DNA from: Roseibacillus sp.
Lineage (GTDB): Bacteria > Verrucomicrobiota > Verrucomicrobiia > Verrucomicrobiales > Akkermansiaceae
NCBI GenBank assembly: GCA_965242925.1
Contig: CBDEUM010000014.1
Span: forward strand, 512,001-576,000
Reading direction: 5' to 3'
Length of the DNA: 64,000 nt
A program made the translations under genes and the position numbers. This document shows positions 54,552 to 62,934 of the stretch, piece after piece; the stretch's first letter is position 1; each line of letters begins with the position of its first letter. The notes under the pieces were generated by a model. That model saw only the letters and a program-made list of their open reading frames with translations, made no database searches and was not told the origin of the DNA.

Positions 54552-56003
54552 ATGCCTTCCCTGTCCCAAAATGAACCTGGAGCCCGTAGCGGTCTTCCCT
54601 GCCTTGCCGTGCTGATCAGCCTCGGATTCTTCTCCTTCATTCACTTCGCCATCTTTTTCGGCAATGGCGCACTCTGGTCGTGGAAGGACGGCGCCCTCGA
54701 CCACGCCTTCAGGGAGGCGGGGGCCGCGGTGGTCCGCAACCCTGTCCAGCTGCTGCGCACCACGATAGGCCTCAATGCAAACGATGTCGTGGAACACGAC
54801 GGCCAACTCTACTACCGGCCGGACATCGAACACGTCCACGGGCGCAGTTTCCTCGAGCCCCCGGCGAGGAGATCCCATGTGGTGCTCCGACAGCTGCCGT
54901 CCACGAAGCGGACCCGGAATCCGGTTCCGGCCATCGTTGCCTTCGATCGACAATTGAAGCAGGCGGGGATTCGGATGGTCCTTCTGCCCGTCCCGTCAAA
55001 AGCGGTGTTTGCAGATTCTTCCCAGCCGCCGATCCTGAACAAAGGCTACCTCGAGTTTGTCGAGACCCTCCACCGAGATCACAAGGTCGAGGTTCTCGAC
55101 CTCATCCCCCTCCTCGGGAAACTCCGCGCTCAGGGCGGCCAGCTCTTTCTCGAGGGCGACAGCCACTGGACCCCGGAAGCGATGTTGCATATCGCCCACC
55201 TGGTCGCGAGGGCGACTTCTGTCCAGCCCCCCGGCGATCCCTACCAGACAGTCAAACGGACCCTCTCCGCCCCCGGGAATCTCACTCGGTGGCTTGGCCG
55301 GAACCGGAAGGAGACGATCGCTTCTTCGATGGTCCTCGATCACAATGAGGAAATCTGGAAACCCTCCCGCGAGGCCCCCTACCTCTTGCTGGGCGATAGT
55401 TTCTCCAACATCTATTCGCTCGGCGAAATGGGCTGGGGCAAGGGGGCCGGATTCGCGGAGATGCTGAGCCTGGTGATGAGCGCTCCCGTCGACCGCATCA
55501 CCCGCAATACCGATGGCGCTTTCGCCAGTCGCGAGGACCTTCTCCGCGACCCGGATCGCCTGGCCCGCAAGTCCGTCGTGGTCTGGCAATTCGCAATGCG
55601 TGAACTCTCCTTCGGAAACTGGAAAGTCCTCGACCTCCCCCGGGCGGGACTGACACCTCGCCCACACATCGAAACCGCTCTTCAGAAACTGGAAGGAACC
55701 ATCGCCCGGGTGGCCAACGTCCCCCCGCTTGCCCGGACACCCTATCGCCAGGCCGTGAGGGAAGTGCTCCTTGAGAACGTCCGCAGCGAATCCGGCCAGA
55801 TCCCCGAGAGAATCCTTCTGCTGGGATATGGGGTGCAGGATCACCTCCTCACCGGAGTGGCCAACTGGGAACCAGGGGACCAGGTGAGCGTGCAGGTCGT
55901 CCCCTGGGAAACGGTGGAGAGCTCCCATGGTCGTCTCCATCGCTTTGTTCTCGAGGATCCCGGGCAGGAGCTGTTGGAGATGCCCCGGTTCTGGATGAAA
56001 TAG
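54552..56003 (+). CDS. AlgJ/AlgX-like SGNH O-acetyltransferase with C-terminal extension
   Basis: N-terminal TM anchor; LYYRPD, PVPSK, catalytic DSHWT and LLGDSF; starts 6 nt after the MBOAT gene. Confidence 0.85.
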   Translation: MPSLSQNEPGARSGLPCLAVLISLGFFSFIHFAIFFGNGALWSWKDGALDHAFREAGAAVVRNPVQLLRTTIGLNANDVVEHDGQLYYRPDIEHVHGRSFLEPPARRSHVVLRQLPSTKRTRNPVPAIVAFDRQLKQAGIRMVLLPVPSKAVFADSSQPPILNKGYLEFVETLHRDHKVEVLDLIPLLGKLRAQGGQLFLEGDSHWTPEAMLHIAHLVARATSVQPPGDPYQTVKRTLSAPGNLTRWLGRNRKETIASSMVLDHNEEIWKPSREAPYLLLGDSFSNIYSLGEMGWGKGAGFAEMLSLVMSAPVDRITRNTDGAFASREDLLRDPDRLARKSVVVWQFAMRELSFGNWKVLDLPRAGLTPRPHIETALQKLEGTIARVANVPPLARTPYRQAVREVLLENVRSESGQIPERILLLGYGVQDHLLTGVANWEPGDQVSVQVVPWETVESSHGRLHRFVLEDPGQELLEMPRFWMK

Positions 56004-56065
56004 CACGGGCATCCCCGCCCGGGGGCTTTGCGGATCTCCGTGACCGCCCCGCGAACCCGCCGGAC

Positions 56066-56953
56066 CTAGACCTGTTCAATCCGCACCCGGGGACTGGCCA
56101 GGGAAATTCCTGCCGCCGCCAGGTCTCTGTTGATGCTCTTGAGCACCTCCGAACGGATCCTGGTCCGGTTGCGCACGTCCTCGATATAATAGCGGCCTTC
56201 CATCAGGATGCCGGATCCCATGTGCCCTCCATTGTCATCCCACAGCGACCGCACCACTATCTCAGCGCTATCGGGGAGAACCCGTTCGGTCGCCTCGATT
56301 GCACGCCGCGCCACTGAGCTGGCTTCTTCGAGGTTGGCATTGTAATTCACCTGAAAACGCACGCGCACGCGAACCGGCTCATCCTGATAGGAGAAGTTCG
56401 TGATCACCGAGTTGGCGAGGACGCTGTTGGGATAGTTCACAATCACCCCGTCGGTGTTGCGAATCTGTGTCCGTCGAAGCCCCACATCGATCACATCGCC
56501 CCAGCCGCCCCAGTGACGGCCCGGTGACTCGATCTTCACCCGGTCGCCGATCCGGGCTGGCTGGTCGGTGATGAGAAAGATCCCGGAAAGGATGTCGGAA
56601 AGAGTTTCCTTTGCCGCCAGGCCAATGGCAATTCCTGCAATCCCGGCACTGGCCAGAAAGGGCGTGATCTTGATGCCGTGGATCTTGAGCAGCACCATGA
56701 AGAGGATGGAAACCAGAACGAGCAGGTAGAATCGCCGGACAAAGTAGACCAGGCGGTCATCGAGATCGTTTTCAGTCGAGGACGCTATCCGGTTGAGGGC
56801 GCGAAGGAGGACCACTCTAACAAAAATGTGGAGGAGGAAGGCCGCAGCAACTGCTATTGCGGTCTGCTCCCAGGAATCCACATTCCTCCACCACTGAACA
56901 AGAGGGGACACCTTGGAATCGGTATCGGCAGCAAGAAGGTAAAACGAAGGCAT
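56066..56953 (-). CDS. MscS-family mechanosensitive ion channel
   Basis: LASAGIAGIAIGLAAKETLSDILSGIF, IGDRV, G.V.DVGLR.T, PNSVL..ITNFS. Confidence 0.9.
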   Translation of the reverse strand: MPSFYLLAADTDSKVSPLVQWWRNVDSWEQTAIAVAAAFLLHIFVRVVLLRALNRIASSTENDLDDRLVYFVRRFYLLVLVSILFMVLLKIHGIKITPFLASAGIAGIAIGLAAKETLSDILSGIFLITDQPARIGDRVKIESPGRHWGGWGDVIDVGLRRTQIRNTDGVIVNYPNSVLANSVITNFSYQDEPVRVRVRFQVNYNANLEEASSVARRAIEATERVLPDSAEIVVRSLWDDNGGHMGSGILMEGRYYIEDVRNRTRIRSEVLKSINRDLAAAGISLASPRVRIEQV

Positions 56954-57153
56954 TCTCTCAGATTCTCAGGGTTGCCGGAGTCTGCCAGCAGCACCGCCCG
57001 GAGTCGAGGCCAAGCAGCGCGCTTTCCGGAAGGCCGCCGTCCGAACCCGGCTTCATGGAACGTCCCCCGGATTGCCCGCGAGAACGTCGGGCACGGTCCG
57101 TCCAGGCGGCTCATTGACTCAATGACGCTTGCCGCAGATCCTCTCTCCCCCCG

Positions 57154-59865
57154 TCAACCCGGCGCCAGCAATTGCCGCAGGGTTTCCTCATCCGGAGCAG
57201 TAACCTTGTTCGTGCCGGCCAGGAGATCGTCTGCCAGCTTCGATTTATCGGCCTGCAGTTTCTGAATGCGCTCCTCCACCGTCCCCGTGCAAATCAGTTT
57301 GTGCACGAAGACCGGCCTGGTCTGGCCGATGCGGTAGGCGCGGTCCGTGGCCTGCGCTTCCACAGCCGGGTTCCACCAGGGATCATAGTGGATGACGGTG
57401 TCGGCGGCGGTAAGGTTGAGTCCGGTCCCCCCCGCCTTCAACGAAATGAGAAAGAGAGGGGTATTGCCCTGCTGGAACTTCTCGACCAGCTCTCCCCGGT
57501 TCCGCGAGGAGCCCGTGAGCTCAAGATACGGAACCCCCCGAAGCCTCAGCTTCTCCCCGATGAGGTTCAGCATGGTGGTGAACTGCGAGAACAGAAGAAT
57601 CCGGCGCCCCTCGTCAAGGAGCGTCCCGAGGAGCTCCCCAAGATAGTCAAGCTTGGCTGAAGCCAGTTCATGCGCCTCTTCCATGGCCAGAAGACGGGGA
57701 TCACAGCAGATCTGCCGCAACTTGAGGAGAGCGTCGAGAAAGACGATCCGGCTTTGCTCAAGTCCCTGCGCTGCGATCGCCTGGCGCACGCGCCGATCCA
57801 TCGTCGCACGCACCGTTTCGTAAAGATCCTTTTGCCCGGTGGTGAGTTCAACCGGATGAACCAGAATGGTCTTGGGAGGCAGCTCGGAAGCCACCTCGTC
57901 CTTGGTCCGACGCAGGATGAGGGGAGCCACCCGACCCTTGAGATCCTCCTTGCGATCTTCATCGGCGTCTTTCTCGATCGGGCCCTGAAACCGCGCCCGA
58001 AAGGCTTCCTGGCTCCCCAGGAACCCGGGCAGGAGGAAGCGCATCAAGGACCAGAGTTCCCCTAGATGGTTCTCGATGGGAGTCCCCGACAGGCAGAGCC
58101 TGTGAGCGGTTTTCAGTTCGCAGGCCGCCTTGCTCACCTTCGCCGCGGGGTTCTTGATGTTCTGCGCCTCGTCAAGAGCCACCAGGTGAAAGTCGATCTC
58201 CTTCAGTGATTCGATGTCACGCTGCAGGAGCGCGTAGGAGGTGAGAACCAGATTGGCAAACGGGATATTCCCGAAATCCCGCCTGCGTTTCGGTCCCTGC
58301 AGGACAAGCACACTCAGCGAAGGAATGAATCTGGCGGCTTCCGCCTTCCAGTTGGGCACCACCGATGTCGGGGCCACCACCAGAGAGGGCCTGCCCCCCG
58401 CTCGCCCCGAGGTGTTCTCTGTCAGGATGTGCGCGAGCGTCTGCAGCGTCTTGCCCAGCCCCATGTCATCCGCGAGGATGCCGTTAAGCTGGCAATTTGC
58501 GAGGGTCTGCAGCCAGCGGTAACCCTCAAGCTGGTAGTCACGCAGGGTGGCCTGCACTCCGGGGGGCGGTTCCGCCTTGCTGGGTTTCCTGAGGTCCCCC
58601 AGCTGCCTTGTCAGGTTGGCGAGATTGCCTGCAGGTTCGAGTAAAAGCTCGGACCTGCAGGCGAGGTTGGCCGCATCGACGGGATGCAGGAAGGGCCGGT
58701 TGGGGTCCACCAGGGAGGCCAGCTGCCGAAGAATGCGTTTCAGGCGATCCGCCGGGATGTGCAGGGCTCCCCCATCCGGCAGATAGACCAGGTGGTGCGA
58801 GCGATCGGACAGTTCGTCAAGCATGTCGAGAGTGCCGTCCTCCAGTAATCTGGTCAGGATGGGAAGAAGGTCCAGGCGTTCCCCGTCGAGATCGAATCCC
58901 ACCGAAAGGGCGAACCAGCCTCCCGGTTGCTCCGTCAGCGAGCCCTCCCAGCCAGCTGGTTCGGTCTCGTAAACGGGAAACCCGACCTCCTCGTCGATCT
59001 CGACCTGCCAGCCCCGACCCTCCAGCCTGGTAACCGCCTCCGCCCGAAACCATGGCCAGTAGAGGTCCGGGGTGTTCAGGTTCGGTTCGGGAAACCAGGC
59101 GAACTCGGCCGAAGTCTCCGAATCACGCTGCCGCTCCAGTCCGAGAAGAAAACGGTAGCTGGGTTGCGCCCCAAGGTGAGTCAGGCCCATCTGGGTGAGC
59201 TCCTGGGCGGCGTTTTTCTCAGCATGAAGATCGCGCACAATTTCCAGCGGTCCCTTTGGCGTTTCAATCACCGCCGCACTGTCCCCGCCGGTGTGCAGGG
59301 GAAGTTCATGGTCGCCGTAACTCACGGTGGGCCGCGCCACCAGCCAGTTGTCGCGGTTGGAGACCCGCAATGACTGCAGCAGAAGCTGCACCGGCCGGCT
59401 GTTGGCAGGCTCCACCAGCACTTCGAGGCGAAACCGGGGTTCTATCTGGAGGGATTTCAGGGGCCGCGCGGGCCCGGAGGGTTTGTCTCCCTCCGCGGGT
59501 TTCACCTGGACATTGGCACTGCCGCCCTTGAGCAACCGTTCAAGCGTCGTCTTCCTCCCGCCGACCAACAGGACGGCCGCTGCATGCTGGCAGAAGTGGG
59601 CATAGGGACAACTGCAGGAGGCATCGAGTTCCCAGGTTCTCTCACTCTCCTGCCAGAGGGAAACTTCTACCTCATGATACTCTCCCTCCAGGTCCTGCAC
59701 GCGGGCAGCGAGAATTCCTCCCCCATCCTCCAGCGCGTTCCAAGCAAGGTCCGTGACCCGGCGCTTGCGCGCCAACTTCCCTCCATCCTCCAGCACGAAA
59801 CCGTCAAAACGCTCCTGCCACACGCGGCCAAGAAGGAACTCGCGGAAAGAAGAGGTTGCTGACAT
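57154..59865 (-). CDS. SNF2-family helicase with N-terminal SWIM zinc finger
   Basis: CSC....FCQH SWIM motif; LRDYQ, LADDMGLGKT, DEAQ, LSGTPIEN, FSQF, SLKAGGTGLNL, DPWWNPAVE.QATDRAYRIGQ; probable ATG at 59865. Confidence 0.93.
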   Translation of the reverse strand: MSATSSFREFLLGRVWQERFDGFVLEDGGKLARKRRVTDLAWNALEDGGGILAARVQDLEGEYHEVEVSLWQESERTWELDASCSCPYAHFCQHAAAVLLVGGRKTTLERLLKGGSANVQVKPAEGDKPSGPARPLKSLQIEPRFRLEVLVEPANSRPVQLLLQSLRVSNRDNWLVARPTVSYGDHELPLHTGGDSAAVIETPKGPLEIVRDLHAEKNAAQELTQMGLTHLGAQPSYRFLLGLERQRDSETSAEFAWFPEPNLNTPDLYWPWFRAEAVTRLEGRGWQVEIDEEVGFPVYETEPAGWEGSLTEQPGGWFALSVGFDLDGERLDLLPILTRLLEDGTLDMLDELSDRSHHLVYLPDGGALHIPADRLKRILRQLASLVDPNRPFLHPVDAANLACRSELLLEPAGNLANLTRQLGDLRKPSKAEPPPGVQATLRDYQLEGYRWLQTLANCQLNGILADDMGLGKTLQTLAHILTENTSGRAGGRPSLVVAPTSVVPNWKAEAARFIPSLSVLVLQGPKRRRDFGNIPFANLVLTSYALLQRDIESLKEIDFHLVALDEAQNIKNPAAKVSKAACELKTAHRLCLSGTPIENHLGELWSLMRFLLPGFLGSQEAFRARFQGPIEKDADEDRKEDLKGRVAPLILRRTKDEVASELPPKTILVHPVELTTGQKDLYETVRATMDRRVRQAIAAQGLEQSRIVFLDALLKLRQICCDPRLLAMEEAHELASAKLDYLGELLGTLLDEGRRILLFSQFTTMLNLIGEKLRLRGVPYLELTGSSRNRGELVEKFQQGNTPLFLISLKAGGTGLNLTAADTVIHYDPWWNPAVEAQATDRAYRIGQTRPVFVHKLICTGTVEERIQKLQADKSKLADDLLAGTNKVTAPDEETLRQLLAPG

Positions 59866-59976
59866 GAAACGGACGAGGCCGGGAAGATCCCCACGCGTCG
59901 TGCACGAAGAATGCCTCCCCCCGGTCCTCTCATCAAGTTCAGGAAACACGGACAGGTCACGATCCTGCCACCACCA

Positions 59977-61698
59977 TTACTTGGCTCCTCTCCGCACCGG
60001 ACGCATGGTCTTATCGAAGATGTCTCCATCCGCAGTCATCCCTTCATAGACGAATTGCCCGCCCGTCATGGTGACCTTGATGAGGTGCCTTACCGCCAGG
60101 GCCTTGGCCAGGTATGGGCGCTTCTTTTCCCAGTCCTTGGGAATACTGCGGGTCTTCACTCCCCAGGACCCGTCGCCCAGATAGAGCACGCCATCCTTGT
60201 CGTCGCGCTTACCCCCCACGATGGGATGGGTGCGCTTGTAGGTGTGGTGGTCGTTCTCAAAGACGCAGTCCACCTTGAACTGCTCGAAGAGCGGGGACCA
60301 TTCGCGCCGGATATCCGTCGCATCGTCCTTCACTCCCGTCCCCCAGGCCGGACGATGATAGCAGACGAATTGCCGGGGAATCCCCAGCCGGTTGCCGAGG
60401 ACCCGCCCGAGCCAATCGGTCTGGGCCGCAACATTCGCGGTATGGCCGGAATCGATCCCGACCACGCTGAGATAATTCCCGAAATCGACGGTGAACTGCG
60501 CCCCCTCCTCTTTGCCAAGGAAGAGGCTGTAGTAAAACGGCGCCTGGTCCCGGCCCGGCGCATTGGTGGGACGATACGAGGCGCCTTTCACCTCGTGATT
60601 GCCGATCGCCACGATCATGGGAAGGAGGCGCCCGTCGGGAGCCACCGCGCACTTGTGCCACGAGTCCAGCCAAGCGATCCAGCGGTCCCCCTTGGCTCCA
60701 TTGGCATAGGCCAGGTCCCCTCCCAGGAGAGCAAAGAGGGGGTCCTCCTTGCCCGCCCGCCGATTCATGGCATCCATCCATTCCCGGGTGGCATACATGT
60801 CGCCCCCCGTCACGAAGGTCGTACCTTCCTTGAAGCTGGCGGGAGCGGTTTCAAATTCCCATGTCCCGGTGGGGGCCCCCCAGCGGGCGATCTTGAACAC
60901 ATGGCGGGTTCCAGGCTCCAGATCCTGCAGGTCCGCGCTGAAGGCACGGTGCTCGGTCGTCCCGAACTTTCGTTCGCGCAGGTCCGCGAAGGTCCAGGCC
61001 CCGCCCGTCTTCGGCCGGTAGGCCAGTTGATAGCGCGGGGCCTCGACGCCTTCCTCCTTGACCCCCCCGACCCGGTTCCACCCCGCACGCGGGGTCCCGC
61101 CCGCAAGATAGGCCCACTGGGCACCTTCCCGCACGACGGGATGCAATTTGCCGTTGGCCCGGTAATCAATACGCGGCCGCAGGGTGAAATCGGAGCTGTC
61201 GATATTTTCGTTATGGCCCTCGATGGCAATCACTCCCTTGTGCCCTGCCACCGCCGGACCAAGTTTGAAGTATTCCCAGACCTCGGCCTCATGCTTCTTC
61301 ACCTTGCTGATGTCGGCACCGGCACCCTCCACCCCCTTGCGCAGGGCCTCCTTCCCATCAATATAGAGGATGAAAGCGTCATCGTAGCGGATCCCGATGG
61401 TGAGCTCCGCCCCCTTGGGCGCATTAGCGGGCACTTCATAAGGCCGCCGGATGTAGACCGACCGGTAGTTCTTGCGCATGCCCTTGAGCACCGTCTGGTC
61501 GTCGTCGTCCCCGTAACCAAACCCAGCCGCCCCGAGCTTCCACTCGCCGCGTTCGTCTTCTTTCTCCGCGGTGGCGACCCAGTGGATCGCCATCGTGGTG
61601 GTGGGATCCCGGTGCCACTCACAGATCGGCCCGTACTCTGCCGCGGACAGAACGCCCGGAAAAAGCGGGGCGAGGAGAAAAATGAGTAATCGGATCAC
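59977..61698 (-). CDS. Secreted purple-acid-phosphatase-like metallophosphoesterase with inserted beta-sandwich module
   Basis: Probable GTG start at 61698 giving a signal peptide; W..DPTTTMAIHW Fn3-like start; GGDMY, GGDLAY, GNHE, YHRP, ENDHHTYKRT, YLGDGSWG. Confidence 0.87.
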   Translation of the reverse strand: MIRLLIFLLAPLFPGVLSAAEYGPICEWHRDPTTTMAIHWVATAEKEDERGEWKLGAAGFGYGDDDDQTVLKGMRKNYRSVYIRRPYEVPANAPKGAELTIGIRYDDAFILYIDGKEALRKGVEGAGADISKVKKHEAEVWEYFKLGPAVAGHKGVIAIEGHNENIDSSDFTLRPRIDYRANGKLHPVVREGAQWAYLAGGTPRAGWNRVGGVKEEGVEAPRYQLAYRPKTGGAWTFADLRERKFGTTEHRAFSADLQDLEPGTRHVFKIARWGAPTGTWEFETAPASFKEGTTFVTGGDMYATREWMDAMNRRAGKEDPLFALLGGDLAYANGAKGDRWIAWLDSWHKCAVAPDGRLLPMIVAIGNHEVKGASYRPTNAPGRDQAPFYYSLFLGKEEGAQFTVDFGNYLSVVGIDSGHTANVAAQTDWLGRVLGNRLGIPRQFVCYHRPAWGTGVKDDATDIRREWSPLFEQFKVDCVFENDHHTYKRTHPIVGGKRDDKDGVLYLGDGSWGVKTRSIPKDWEKKRPYLAKALAVRHLIKVTMTGGQFVYEGMTADGDIFDKTMRPVRRGAK

Positions 61699-61831
61699 GA
61701 ATTCGGGGGCGACCAGAAGACTCTCGGCCCATTTCAACCCCTTGGCAATGGCCTAAAGACAGGGCTCCAAAATTAGCAACAATTTGGCCCATCGAGTTTG
61801 CCCCGGAAAAAATCTCCCCTACTCTCCGGGC

Positions 61832-62881
61832 ATGTCCCGCGAAGAAATCAAACGCCTGACCGAGCTCTCCTCCTGTGCCGGCTGAGCCTCCAAGCTCGGC
61901 CAGGCCGACCTCGCGCAGGTCCTGCGCGGACTGACCCAGATCGAGGATGAATCCCTCCTGGTGGGAGCTGCCACCTCTGATGACGCCGCGGTTTACCGCC
62001 TCACCGACGAGCTCGCCATGGTGCAGACTCTCGACTTCTTCACCCCCATCGTGGACGACCCCTACACCTACGGCCAGATCGCGGCCGCAAACTCCCTCTC
62101 CGATGTCTACGCCATGGGTGGTCTCCCCGTCACCGCCATGAATATAGTGGGCGTCCCCCTCGAGCATCTCTCCCTTGAGGACGTCAACCAGATCCTGAAA
62201 GGCGGTGCCGACAAGGTGGCGGAAGCGGGCTGTGTCCTCGCAGGCGGGCACACCGTCCAGAATCCTGAGCCTCTCTATGGCCTTTCGGTAACCGGACTGG
62301 TCCATCCCGACCGCCTCATCACTAACGCAGGTGCTGCGGTGGGCGACATCCTCGTCCTCACCAAGCCGCTGGGCACCGGCATTCTCTCTACCGCCACCAA
62401 ACGGGGCATCGAGATCGGCGATCTGGCCCATCGCTCGGTCAGTTTGATGGCCACCCTTAACACCCCCGGGGCCGGACTGGGAAGGGCCGGACTGGTCAAG
62501 GGCGGGACGGATGTCACCGGGTTCGGAATACTGGGACACCTCGGCGCCCTGGCCCGCGAAAGCAGGGTGACCGCCATCCTCCACAGCGGGCAGATCCCCG
62601 CCATCGATCCGCGCGTCCTTGAGCTCATCGAAGAAGGCTGTGTCCCGGGCGGCACCCGGGCCAATCTCAAGGCCGCCACCACCACCTCCTTCACGGAAGG
62701 CGTCCCGGAGTCAATGCGCCTGCTTCTCGCCGACGCCCAGACCAGCGGGGGCCTTCTCCTCGCCGTCTCGCCGACAAACCTCGACCAGGTCCTGGCCCTC
62801 CTCGGCGAGGAAGGCGCACCGTGCGCGGAGGTGATCGGGGAAATGAGCGAACCGGGACCGAACGCCATCGAAGTCCACTGA
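61832..62881 (+). CDS. selD: Selenophosphate synthetase, selenocysteine-containing (UGA recoded at codon 18), 349 aa
   Basis: ATG at 61832 reads MSREEIKRLTELSSCAG-TGA(61883-61885)-ASKLGQADL, in frame with DDAAVY, TLDFFTPIVDDPY, NSLSDVYAMGG, GGHT, LTKPLGTG, TDVTGFG and DAQTSGGLL. The TGA occupies the catalytic Cys/Sec position. Confidence 0.93.
61886..61930 (+). promoter_or_regulatory. Putative bacterial SECIS element
   Basis: Hairpin CGCGCAG-GUC-CUGCGCG (61912-61928), apical loop starting GU 33 nt after the UGA; resembles the GCAGGUCUGC apical stem-loop of the E. coli fdhF SECIS. Confidence 0.7.
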
Positions 62882-62934
62882 ACGCGGTGCAGCCCCCGCC
62901 TTGCCAAACCCGTTGCCGCCAGTCAATCTCGCGC

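Noticed and set aside
57154..59865. Anti-phage defence system built around the SNF2 helicase
   Set aside because: SWIM-SNF2 is a common stand-alone architecture, and no methylase, nuclease or other defence gene is adjacent.
61700..62934. tRNA-Sec (selC) near selD
   Set aside because: No cloverleaf with a UCA anticodon is visible in the flanking intergenic gaps.
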